From Sphyrna mokarran (Eukaryota): a DNA stretch of 64,000 nucleotides. Under the pieces are notes generated by a model. It was not told the origin of the DNA. It did no database searches and saw nothing but the letters and a program-made list of their open reading frames with translations. This document shows positions 35,321 to 48,200 of this stretch, one piece after another. The stretch lies in assembly GCA_024679065.1 (NCBI GenBank), contig JAGIQG010000009.1, positions 91,512,001 to 91,576,000 of the forward strand. Direction: 5' to 3'. The translations under genes were made by a program, and so were the position numbers. Each line of letters starts with the position of its first letter. Within the stretch, counting starts at the first letter, position 1.

Positions 35321-36549
35321 CAGCTTTATAAAACAAAGATTGACCCAGAGACACACACAGCTCAGTGCATAAAAACTGTCTCCAAATTCCAGGGTTGAAG
35401 GAGGGTTTTAAAGAGAGGCTGCAGAGAGGTGTCGGGAGGGATTACAGAGTGAAGGACCGAGGTTACTGAAGGCACATTCCCCAGTGTGGGGGAGATTCTA
35501 ATCCCTGATACTGGAGATATCAGAATGAGAGGAACACAGAGATCTCACCGAGTTTGTGAAACTGGAGGAGATTACAGAAATAGGAAGGTATGAGGACATG
35601 GAGAGATTTCAATTTTAAAATCTGGGGCAGAGGGAATGGTGCCTTTAATTCAAAGAGAATGGAATATAAAAGTAGGGAAGGCTTGCTAAAACTATAGAAG
35701 GCACCAGTTAGACCACATCTGGAAAACTGTGATCAATTTTAGTCCCCTTATCTAAGGGAAAATATACTGGCGTTGGAAGCAGTCCGGAGAATATTCACCA
35801 GGTTGATCCTGGGCATGGAGGGATTTTCTTATGAGGAGATGTTGAGTAGGTTGGGCCTGTACTCATTGGAGTTTAGAAGAATGAGAGTGACCTTATTGAA
35901 TCATACCGGATTCTCAGGGAGTTTGACAGGGTAGATGCTGAGAGGGTGTTTCTCCCTGTGGGAGAGTATAGGATTGGATGGCAAAACCTCAGAGTAAGAT
36001 GTCACCCATTTAAGACAGAAATGTGGAGGAATTTATTCTCTCAGTGTGTAGCGTCCCTTTGCAATTCTTTACTTCAGATTTCAGTAGGGGCTGAGCCATT
36101 AAGTATGTTCAACCTGAAATAGACAGATTGTTAGTGAGTTAGGGAACAGAGGGTTAATGGGATAAGATGGGAAAATGGAGCTGAGGATTATCATATCAGG
36201 ATCAGTCATGATCTCATTGAATATTGGAGGTGATCCAATAGGATCAATTGGGTCCACCTGTTCCGATATCTTCCGGTTTTATAAGTTACTTCCCTGGGAA
36301 CTTACAGGTCAGTGAGCACAGGGGTAGCCGAGGAACACAGAGCCCAGTGTGAGGGTTCATGGTGTGAGCTGTAAGAGTCTGAGGGATTTTGATCGGATGG
36401 ATGTAGAGAGGATGTAGTGTTTAGAATAAGGGGATCAGTGTTTAAAATAAGGGGTCTTCTGTTTAAGACAGAGATGAGGAGAAATGTTTTCTCTTGAGAG
36501 TCACAAGGCTCTGAAACTCCTCCAAGGCCATGGAAGCTTTGAATATTTG

Positions 36550-36840
36550 GCACAGTTGGTGGCACTGCTGCCTCACAGAGCCAGGGACCTGGGTTTGATT
36601 CCCGGTTTGGGTCACTGTCTGTGTGGAGTTTGCACATTCTCCACGTGTCTGCGTGGGTTTGTTCCAGCTGCTCTGGTTTTTTCCCACAGTCTGAAAGATG
36701 TGCTGGTTGGGTGCGTTGGCCATGCTAAATTCTCCCTCAGTGCACCCGAACAGGCACCGGAGTGTGATGACTAGGGGCTTTTCACAATAACTTCATTGCA
36801 TTGTTAACGTAAGCCTACTTGTGACAATAAGTAAACTTCT
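36550..36840 (+). mobile_element. tRNA-derived V-SINE-like element
   Basis: GCACTGCTGCCTCACAG...GGAGTTTGCACATTCTCC core. Confidence 0.65.
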
Positions 36841-36859
36841 AACTTTTCTTTGGGAGAAG

Positions 36860-37200
36860 AAATTATAACTTAAATCTGTGTTAAATGATCATCCCCTTAT
36901 TCTGTGACTCTGCTCTCTGATTCTACTCTCTCCCACGAATGGAAACATTCTCTCAACATTTACCCTCTCTAACCCCCTCAGACTCTTAAATGTTTCAATC
37001 ATATCACCGCTCATTCCTCGGAACTCCAAGGAGCACAGACACAATCTGTTTAATCTTTCCTCATATGGCAGTCCCTCTGTACCCAGGATCATCCTGGTAA
37101 ACCTCCTCTGTACTGCCTCCAGTGACAATATATTTCCTTAAATAAGGAGACCAAAACTGTGTGCAATATTGTAACTGTGGCCTCACTAATAGCTTGTATT
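36860..37200 (-). mobile_element. CR1 fragment
   Basis: LEAVQRRFTRMI...YEERL. Confidence 0.75.
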
Positions 37201-37637
37201 TTGAAGGGGATGGGAGGTGCTGCTGAGGGAGGGTGGATGGCAGTGAGGGTGTTTAACTGGCAGCCCGGGGCTGGGATTTACAGGTGTGCACCTCCAATTC
37301 CAGCCCCGTCCCCGTGACAGCCACTCAGGCTCGCACTTCCTCACATTCCGACTCCCAAACGTGAGGCACCAACTGCCGCTGCGCTTGGAAGAAATGACAA
37401 TTCAGGCATTGCGGGCTGGCTGTCCCCCTGATTCCATACTGCCATCCTCACTGTGCAGGCCTGAGGGAAATATGGGTAATGTACAAACAACAAAAAATCA
37501 GATGCTGCTGATGCTGATCCATTCCTCATTCATTTTCTGTGTCCATATTAAACAATTACAGTGAACCAAGACGGGTACCTGTCATCGGCCAGCAGCGTAA
37601 AGAGTAGCTGATGGTTAATCTGACTTTATATTCAACG

Positions 37638-38958
37638 AATAGAACATAGAACATAGAACACAGAACACAGAACACAGAACATAGAACACAGAACACAGAA
37701 CATGGAACATGTAACATGGAACATTACAGCACAGTACAGGCCCTTCAGCTCTCGATGTTGCACCGACCAGTGGAACGAATCTAATGACCCTCCAACTTCA
37801 ACTATTCCAATGTTGTCCATATAACTGTCCATTGACCATTTGAACACCCTTAAAGTTGGCGAGTCCACAAACGCTGCAGGCAGGGCATTCCATTACTACC
37901 CTCTGAGTAAAGAACCTGCCTCTGACATCCATCCTATAATTACCGGCTCTCAATTTAAAGCTATGTCCCCTCGTGTTAGCCATCAACATCCAAGGAAAAA
38001 GGCTCTCACTGTCCACCATATCTAAACTCCCTGATCATCTTGTATGCCTCAATTAGGTCATCTCTTAACCTTCTTGTCTCTAGCAAAAATAATCTCAAGT
38101 CCCTCAGCCTTTCCTCATAAGACCTGCCCTCCATACCAGGCAACATCCTGGTAAACCTCCTCTGCACCCTTTCCAATGCTTCCACATCTTTCTTATAATG
38201 CGGCGACCAGAACTGTACGCAATACTTCAAGTGCGTCTGCACAAGAGTTTTGTACAGTTGCAACATGATCTTGCGGCTCCGAAATTCAATCCCTCTCCCA
38301 ATAAAAGCTAACACACCGTACGCCTTCTTAACAATCTTATCAACCTGGGTGCCAACTTTCAGGGACCTATGCACATGTACACCGAGATCTCTCTGCTCGT
38401 CGACACTACCAAGAGTCCTTTCATTAGCCCTATATTCTGTGCTCCTGTTACCTTTACCAAAGTGAATCACCTCACACTTTTCCACATTAAACTCCATTTG
38501 CCACCTCTCAGCCCTGCTCTGCATCTTATCTATGTCCCTCTACAAACTGTAACATCCATCCTCACTGTCTATAACACCTCTGAGTTTGGTGTTGTCAGCA
38601 AATTTACTAACTCATCCTTCTACACTCTCAGCTAGGTCATTTATGAAAATGATAAACAGCAGTGGCCCCAAAACAGATCCTTGAGGAACACCACTTGTAA
38701 CTGAACTCCAGGTTGAATATTTCCCATCAACTACCACTGTCTTCTATCAGCTAACCAATTCCTGATCCAAACTGCTAAATCACCTTCAATCCCATGCATC
38801 TGCATTTTCTGCAGTAGCCTACAATGGGGAAGCTTTTCAAACGCTTTGCTAAAATCCACATACACCACGTCAACTGCCTTATCTCTATCCACCTCTTTGG
38901 TCACCTTTTCAAAGAACTCAATAAGGTTTGTGAGGCACGACCTACCCTTCACAAAACT
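37638..38958 (-). mobile_element. 5'-truncated CR1 with (ACAGAAC)n tail
   Basis: GRSCLTNLIEFF...WQMEFNVEKC...FWSPHYKKD. Confidence 0.88.
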
Positions 38959-39847
38959 GGATAATAGACATTTCCACAAACTATCCCCTGATCACAGTGA
39001 GGTCCATCTACACAGTGATAAACTCCAATAATCCCCCACTTTTCCCAATGTCAGAATGCTGTCTGAAACAGAATCAGATTAAACTGGGTCAGTATTGATG
39101 CTTCAGAGTCTCAGAGCAGGGAATAAACACGAAATCAGTCACTTGGGGCTGGTTTGTTGTTTATCGTCATAACCAGGAAAGATGTGATGTGAATTGTGGA
39201 TGGAAATGGAGAGAAGCAGTAATATTTGACAGGATGAAGTGTGAGATTATGGGAGCAAAGGAGGGGAGCAGTCACTGTATGAAATGTCTGACTGTCAAAC
39301 ATGGGGATGGACAATCCAGAGCAAGATCTCCACTGTCCTTCACTTTTTAATCAGCCCTTTATTTATATTCACTAGGATTTTGATGATCTAAGGGAGCTTT
39401 TCAATCACCCCTTTATACACACTAGGATATCGGTGTCGGAGATAACCTAGCCTATTCAACCATGAGGGCATCACAGCTGATCCTGAGGTGAGTGAAACAC
39501 GGATTAACCTTCTCCTCGCCAGAGCGTTTCAAAGACTTTAGACCAGGAGTGATGAAGCTGTTTTGCTTCTCCCAATCGATGTGAAAATTAGAATAGTCTA
39601 TTTGAAGCATTTTCCATTTGTTCCAAGTTTCTCTGCTCTGGGTGTTTGTACATCCTGCTGTCAGGAGAGCTGAACACCAATCCCATCAGAGTCTTTCACA
39701 CTGTGCTGATTTCAATGGTGTCAAATATCAGGCTGGCTGGAGAACAGTGTCTGAGCAAACATCACCCATTTCAAACTCTCACCAAAAGATTCAAATTCAC
39801 TCCAGAGAGAGAGAGAGTGAGAATGGGAGAGTGAATTCTGTACTTAC

Positions 39848-39899
39848 CGGGAGAGACCCAGGAAAAACACAGGGAGATGGAGAAAAGGATGAGTAACAT
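39848..39899 (-). CDS. Distal/alternative signal-peptide exon, unit 2
   Basis: ATG TTA CTC ATC..., same peptide with synonymous changes, intact GTAAGT. Confidence 0.6.
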
Positions 39900-40639
39900 T
39901 CTGGGAATCCACTGTCCCAATTCCAATCACTGACTGGGAATTAAACATTCGAAGGAGGAAACTTATATTGTTTATTGTGATTGGAAAACATAAAAAAATG
40001 TTGATACGGACTCCAGCTTCCTGTCTTCATTAAATTGTGATCAGTTCCCTGATGTTAAGCCACACAGCCATTGGGTGAATAATTCATTGCTGTCAGAAAA
40101 ACAGCCAATGGAAGGGATAGAAATTTTAACGTGTATTTATTTTTCACAAGTAGGCTTACATTAATATTGCAATGAAGTTAAATCCACAAGTTGCCAAACT
40201 CCAGCACCTGTTCAGATACACTGAGGGAGAATTTAGCATGGCTGATTCACTTATCCTCTCACCAGTTATGAGGAAATTGGCCATTTCCAGTTCTGACACT
40301 TCCATGTTGAGTTTCCTCCCCCATCAGGAATGGATACAAAAAAGGAGCTTGGAAATGATAAAGAAGCCACACTGCAAACAACCATCATTTTAGCTGCTGC
40401 AGGTTTTGGGCCCAGTCAGGCCACCTGCCCCACACAAGGGTACAGACTGTTAGACTTATTAAAAATCTTGTTAAACTGCAATTTTTCCAGTCCGCTTTAG
40501 GTTTTCCAATTTGAAATTGAGCAGACGAATGGTCTGGTGTGAGCACCCAGCAGTTGGCCAGGGAGGACAGTCCTCCCACAATCCCTTTCAGCTTGCCTGG
40601 CTGGAGGAGCAGACCCAGTTTGCCCTGTAGATGGACATT

Positions 40640-41556
40640 CCCCTCCCCTCACCACACTCCCCCTCACCACACTCCCCTCCACACACTCCCCCACACCACA
40701 CTCCCCTCACCACACTCCCCCTCACCACACTCCCCTCACCACACTCCCCCACACCACACTCCCCCCTCACCACACTCCCCCTCACAACCACACTCCCCTC
40801 ACACACTCCCCCACACCACACTCCCCCTCACCACACTCCCTCTCACCACTCCCCGCACCACACTCCCCCACACCAACACTCCCCCTCACCACACACCCCC
40901 TCACCAACTCCCCCTCACCACACTCCCCCGCACCACACTCCCCCTCACCACACTCCCTCTCACCACACTCCCCCACCACACTCCCCCGCACCACACTCCC
41001 CCTCACCACCACCCCCTCACCACACTCCCCCTCACCACACTCCCCCTCACACCACACTCCCCCGCACCACACTCCCCTCACACACACCCCCTCACCACAC
41101 ACCCCCTCACCACACACCCCCCTCACCACACTCCCCCGCACCACACTCCCCCTCAACCACACACCCCCTCACCACACACCCTCACCACACACCCCTCACC
41201 ACACTCCCCGCACCACACTCCCCCACACCACACTCCCCCACACCACACTCCCCCTCACCACACCCGCCTCACCACACTCCCCCTCACCACACTCCCCTAC
41301 ACCACACTCCCCTCACCACACTCCCCCTCACCACACTCCCCCTCACCACACGCCCCCCCCCTCACCACACTCCCCCTCACCACACTCCCCCGCACCACAC
41401 TCCCCCACACCAACCCCCCAACCACACTCCCCTCACCACACTCCCCTCACCACACTCCCCGCACCACACTCCCCTACACCACACTCCCCACACCACACTC
41501 CCCTCACCACACTCCCCCTCACCACACTCCGCCTCACCACACCCCCCCTCACCCTC
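40640..41556. repeat. 15-bp C-rich minisatellite, expanded copy
   Basis: Same unit as 4180-4642. Confidence 0.95.
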
Positions 41557-44500
41557 ATAATGGTGGCCTGGCTTCTTTCCTGGTTTATTTTGATGTTTTT
41601 CTGAAGTGACTAACATGGACCTTCCTGTTGAAGCAGTTTCTCAGTTACACACCCTGTACTGTAGCTGGGTGCTTGTCGAAAGCTGGAGGAATCCGGATTG
41701 GTTATTGGGGAACCTGCCCACTGTTCTTAATTGTGAGAGAAATGGTTTCCATGCCAATTATAAATGTTCCCCCACAGAAAATCCTTAACTGTGACCTGCA
41801 TCTGTGTGTACACACATCTCTTTGTTGCTGTGAGTGTGTGTACATAAGCACGTGTGTATATTTATGTGCGTATGTGAGCATGTATGTGCTTATTTGCATG
41901 CCAGTGCGTGCACGTATCTTCATGTCCATATGTATCTTTGTGTCTATGTGTTTGCATATGTGTGTTTACTTATGTCTGTTTGTGTGTGTGTGCGCGCGCG
42001 GGCTGGTATATATGTGCATGCTTACGTGAGGCTGTATGTGCATCCTCATTCCATAATCCATTCAATTATCAATTACATTTTAAAATGAAAAACTTGTAAC
42101 AATTCTACAACCCCTGTAAGACTGTGATTCAATTTCTTTCCAGTTGCCTCTTTTTTAGTCTCAACAGCATGTGAAAATTACTGGCTAGGCCAGCATTTAT
42201 TGTCCATCCCCAGTTGCCCTTCACAATGCTATTGGTGGGAGTTCCAGGGTTTTGACCCAGTGATGGTGAAGGAACAACAGATATATTTCCAAGTTAGGGT
42301 AATGTGTGTTCCCAGGTATCTGCTGTCCTTGTCCTTCAAGATGCTAGTGGGTTTAAAAGCTGCTGCCCAAGGAGCCTTGGTGAGTTCCTATAGTGACTCT
42401 TGTAGATGGTTCACACAGCTGCCACTGACCATCAGTGGTGGAAGGTTTGAATCATAGAATCCTCCAGTGCAGAAGGAGGCCACTCAGCCCATCACGTCTG
42501 CGACGACTGCAATCCTACACCATCCCCATTAACTCATGCATTTAGCTGCGCTAATCCCCATGATATAAAAGGGTTATTTAGCCTGACCAAATCAGCTCAC
42601 CTGCACATCTTTGGACCATGGGAGGAAATCGGAACACCCGGAGGATACACACGCAAACATGGGGAGAATGTGCAAACTTCACATAGACCGTGACCCAAGA
42701 AGGGAATCATACCCGGGTCCCTGGTGCTGCGAGGTAGCAGTGCTAACCGCTGTTCCACCCTGCTGTCCCTTGTGGAATGGGTAGCAATGAAGTGAGCTGC
42801 TTTATCCTGAATAGTGTCTGTTGAGTTTCTTGAGTGTTTTTAGAGCTGCCCTTACCTCGGCAAGTGGAGAGAATTCCATTACATAGAAATATAAAAAACA
42901 GAAGCAGGAGTAGGTTATTCAACTCTTTGAGAGTTTTCACCATTCATTTTGATCATGGTTGATCATCAAATTCAACATTCTGAATCCCTTTCCCCCATAA
43001 CCCTTGATCCCAAAAGGTCCAAAAGCTCCATCTAATTTATTCTCGAAGTCAGACCATGTTTTGGCCTCACCGACTTTCTCTGATACTGAATTCCTCACAC
43101 TCACCACTCTCTGGGTGAAGAAATTTCTCCTCACCTCAGTTCTTATCCTCAAACTATGACCTCTAGTTCAGGACTTCCCCACCATTTGGAACATTCTTTC
43201 TGAATCTACCCTGTGTAATCTAGTGAGAATTTTATAAGTCTCAATGAGATCCCCTCTCTCTCTTCTAAACTCCAATGAGTACAATCCTCACACTCCTGAC
43301 TTGTGCCATGTGGACAGGTTTTGGGGAGTCAGGAGGTGGTTATCCACTGCAGGATTCCTAACCTCTGATCTGCTCTTGGAACTACAGTATTTATATGATT
43401 AATCCAGTTTTGTTTCTGGTCAATGGTAGGCCCAAGGATGTTGCTAATGGAGGATTCAGACATGATAATACCATTGAATTCAAGGGATGGTGGTTAGATT
43501 CTCTCTTGTTGGGGATGATTGTTGCCTTGCACTTGTGTGGCCCAAATATTACTTGTCACTTGTTAGTCCAAGCCTGGATATTGTTCAGGTCTTGCTGCAT
43601 TGTGGACATGGACTGCTTCAATATCTGAGGAGACATAATGTAGCTGAACATTGTGCAATCATCAGTGAACATCCCCACTTCTGACATTATCATAGAAGGC
43701 AGGTCATTGATGAAGTAGCTGAAGATGGTTGGGATTGGGACACAAATTCCCTGAGGAATTCATTGATGCCCAGAGAGTGAGATAATTGACCTCCAACCAA
43801 ACAACCACCATTTTTTGTGCTAGTTATGAGTCCAACCAGTGGAGAGTTTTCCCCTGATACCCATCAATTCCGGTTCTATGAGGGGGCCTTGATGCCATAA
43901 CTCGGTCGAATGTGGCCTTGATGTCAAGAGCTCTCACTCTCATCTCAACTCGGGAATTCAGCTCTTTTTTCCATGTTTGAATCAAACCTGTAATGAGATC
44001 AGAAGCTGAGTGACCCCAGAGGAACCCAAACTGGGTGTCACTGAGCAGATTATTGCTGAGTAAGTGCTGCTTGATGACACTGTTGATGAACCTCATCACT
44101 TTACTGATAATTGACAGTAGACTGATTGGGCTGTAATTGCCTGGGTTAAATTTGTCCTGATCCTAGTGTACAGCTATTTTATACATTGCCATTCTTCTCA
44201 CTGTACTGGAACAGCTTGGCTAGGGGAGCAGCAAGTTCTGGAGCACAAGTCTTCAACATTTTTGCCAGGATGTTGTCCTTCCACACCAACACACTCACTT
44301 TGAGGTTCCCGACACTTCTCATTACTGAGAAGCTGGTGAGCCTTCACCTCCAGCTCACTGGGAAATGTGTTGAAGTTTGATTCTCTAAAGTTAGGACACG
44401 GCTTCCTTCCTCTGTCTCTCACACTGACATCTTCAGTTAACAAGTCAATCAATGCTAATGGAAAATAGTGAATGATGCTGACATTTAGTCTGAACTCAGT

Positions 44501-44653
44501 CAGTTCACATTGGATTGAACCTCAGCAACTGTCCATTCCAATCGTCACAAGCTGCTGAGTGAATGAATTAAACTTTTCCTGCGAAAATCTGTGTTCTATG
44601 TTCTACGTAAAATCAATGAAGAAGAATTCAGACAAGTCAAACACTGACAATTA

Positions 44654-44659
44654 TTTATT
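44654..44659 (-). terminator. Polyadenylation signal AATAAA of gene B
   Basis: Position homologous to 7743-7748. Confidence 0.6.
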
Positions 44660-45224
44660 GATTACAATCCACAGTTATGGTGTTTCATTATGATCCTGAT
44701 TATAGATTTTCCTCCCTGAACGTGTTATAACATTAAAATAAACAATCGTAGAACACATCAAATATGATGTTACATAAAGAGCAACATGGGCCAGTGTGTA
44801 ATAATTTAAATTATGACATTCTGTAGTGTCTCACTACACTGAGAGTTACAATTTAGATTGGCAATATTAATATCTCAGCAATATTCACACTGAGAGTTTT
44901 GACATGTTTTTCAGCCACTCCCTGTAACGTTGATGGGAGGCCTTCCCCCATTGAGTGTTTTCAGTAACTGTCCCAAGCTGTGTCGTGTCCCTCACCAGTA
45001 TTCCTGGACCTTGCATTGTGGCAATCTGAAACCCTCAGTCATGCCCTGGAAGAGTTGTGACTTTCAGGCTGAATTTCACTGAGTTGATGGTCCTCCAGCA
45101 GGAAATGGTGTTTATTTCAGTGTGTGTTCCTGGGAACAGCCTGTACAGCGTACAGTCCTGTATAAAGGAGCTGTCGGGTGAACATTCTGTGACTGTGTGG
45201 GAATTCATCAGATCAAATTTCATT

Positions 45225-45242
45225 TTACTTCATCTCATACAC
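45225..45242 (-). CDS. Gene B terminal coding exon (VYEMK*)
   Basis: Acceptor ttttccacttcactttataag; homologous to 8314-8331. Confidence 0.6.
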   Translation of the reverse strand: MYEMK

Positions 45243-48200
45243 CTTATAAAGTGAAGTGGAAAACTGCCCAGCACCAGAAAAATGTTTCCAACATCCAAAC
45301 TGTCTTCTCCATTATCAGATATATCACATAATCTTTTATACAGTTCCAAAAAGTCTTGATCAATATCCGCAAATATTTAAAGATTGTTCAGAGTTTTAAC
45401 GATGAGAAAGTGAGAAAAGTATACAAACTGTGAGTGTATTTCATTCCCAACAATCTGTCCCTCAGTCACTCACTGGAGCTGTTGTGTACGTCTTACTTGG
45501 TGAATCTGCAGAAGTGAAATAAATGTCAGTTAGAATGGGGAATAATCCATTCTCAGACAGTGAGAACACAACAAGTGTGAGGGAATGGAGATTGTGTGAG
45601 AAATACTCATTCTCACACTCCCCTCCATCCTTACACTTTATGGAGATCCTGTAGATCTCTTCCATTCCATCCATATTCAGTAGGTGAGGATGTGAGTGTG
45701 TGCGGTGGCTTTAATGATCAATATTATACCTGGTCTGGGCTGATCACACAAAGGAAAATCAGAAGGGAGCAAGATGTATTCATACACTCACTCTGTCCCC
45801 TCAGTTCTACATTCCCCTCTCTCTGATTCTTACCTCTCCGCTGTCTTATCCAGATGATTATTCCGAATATAACAGCCAGCGCTGAGATCACTGATCCGAT
45901 TATAATTCCAAGATGGGAATGTCCCCCACTGTTTCCTGGGATTTCTGAAACACATTTGAACAATATGAGGATTGTTTCTGTTCCCGGATCCATTCCCAAT
46001 TCTATGTTCATTGGGGACAATTTGAACTGAAACCACCCCAGTCCAAATGGGATTGGTTGAAGCTTTGCTTTTACACTGGCCCCATGGTGGATAAGGGAGT
46101 GTCTATGGATCTGCCCTGGATGGACTTCCAGAAGGTCATTGATAAAGTTCCACACAAGAGATTCTTGACAATAATCAGAGTGTTTAGAATTGAAGGAAAT
46201 CCTTGCCATGGGGTGAAAATTGGTTGGCAGGAGAGAGACAGGGAATGGAGGGAATGGGAATGTGCTCCCATACAAACACATGCAAATATCCAGTACAGTT
46301 CCTTACCCCACTGATGGAGCTTGGGCTCTTCCAGGCTGCTGTGTTCTATTTGACAGGAGTATTGATCCTCATCCCCAGCATTTATTTCAATCTCTTTCTG
46401 GATCTGATGGGTTCCATCGTGGTTTGGTCGAATCCCCGAGGATAGTGTCTCAGACATTACCTCTCCGTTCCTTAACCAGTTCACCTCGATGTCTACAGGA
46501 TAAAAGCCAGTAACCAGGCAGGAGAGAGTGAGGGGCTTGTACTGACTATTGGGCTCACTTCTGGAGATGAAGACTTCAGGCTGAACTGTAATGGGAAAGG
46601 GTGAAAACACAAACAATAAACTCACACTGAATGGAATGGGGGAACGGTTTGATAAATCAGTGAAGTTAGAGCAGAACATGGACTTAAAACTGAATTCAAT
46701 ACCTTTCCATGCAAAATAGTCCTTTCCAGCTTCCAAATATTTGTGTAAATGTTGAACAAATTGTCCCAGAATATATTTTTCCCAGTAATTATTCCAGGAT
46801 TGATCTGAATCCCATTTCTCTTTAGTCTTCACTGCAAAGTGATTGGATGCGACCCATCTCATTCTGTCTGGCTCTAAACTAATATAGTCCTTTCCATCGA
46901 ATCCAAACCGCATCGATCTCTTAATGGAGCCGTCTTCAGTGACCTCGATAGAACGAATCCACTGAAGAAGATGAATTCCTGTCAGAAACCAAACAGAGAT
47001 CAATAATCAATAGACAATCTTTTCAGTGGTGAAATGAGATTTAGTCTGAGATAGAAATGGACGGAATCTTCCTGTGCCATCAGTAGCAGGAAGCTGAGCA
47101 GTGAGGTTATTAAATTAGATGGAGTCAGTGCTGAGAGATGGACTGAGCTCAGTGTCCCTGGGGTCAGTGCTGGGGGACTGAGTTCAGTATCCCTGGGGTC
47201 AGTGGTGGGGGTCTGAGTTCAGTATGCCAGGGGTCAGTGGTGGGGGTCTGAGTTCAGTGTCCCAGGGGTCAGTGCTGGGGGACTGAGTTCAGTGTCCTAG
47301 GGGTCAGTGCTGGGGGACTGAGTTCAGTATGCCAGGGGTCAGTGGTGGGGGTCTGAGTTCAGTATGCCAGGGGTCAGTGCTGGGGGACTGAGTTCAGTGT
47401 CCCAGGGGTCAGTGCTGGGGGACTGAGCTCAGTATATGTTGTACATCAATATGCTGATTCTCTCTGCCTCATCTTACCGGATGTCTGGTTTGTGATCTTC
47501 AGCACTGTATTCAGATTCTTGATTACCATGTTGAACTGCAAGTTCTCTATTTCTGTGATATAATCCCAGAATTCAGACTCAAAATTTTCAGCCATGAACC
47601 TCTGCCTGGGAATGCAGCGACGGATATGACTGTCATGATATCCTATTTGGACACCATTGACCATTCCAATGCTTGTGAACTCAGGAAAATCTTCTATCCC
47701 AGAGACAACAGTGTATAACACCATGAATGAGTTAGTGTCTGTAAAACAAATGGTTAAAGGGATTGGTCAATAAACACCAGTCTGATCACCAGAACAATCT
47801 CACTGGACTTCACCATCCCCTCCCTGGTCACCACCCTCTCCGCTGATCACCATCCCCTCCTCAACCACTAATCCCATCCCTCCGATCACCACCCCATCCC
47901 TTCGATCACCACCCCCTCCCTCGATCACCACACTCTCCCCAATCACCACCCCTCCCCTCGATCACCAACCCCTCCCCTCGATCACTCCCCCTCCCCTCAA
48001 TCACCACCCCCTCCTCAATCTCCATCCCCTCTCCCTGATTGCCAATCCGCCCCAGATCATCATCTCGAGAGAGCTATTTCCCAAACACCACCCCGAACGG
48101 AGCAACGGTTCAAGTCTTGGGCCAGTAATACAGTCTGGGAGGCTGAGTAATCGGCCATCAGTATCATGTATCAGTATCAGTATCCTGCTACAGAGGACCA

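Noticed and set aside
38993-39017. Two CACAGTG heptamers as RAG recombination signals
   Set aside because: No ACAAAAACC-like nonamer at 12- or 23-bp spacing.
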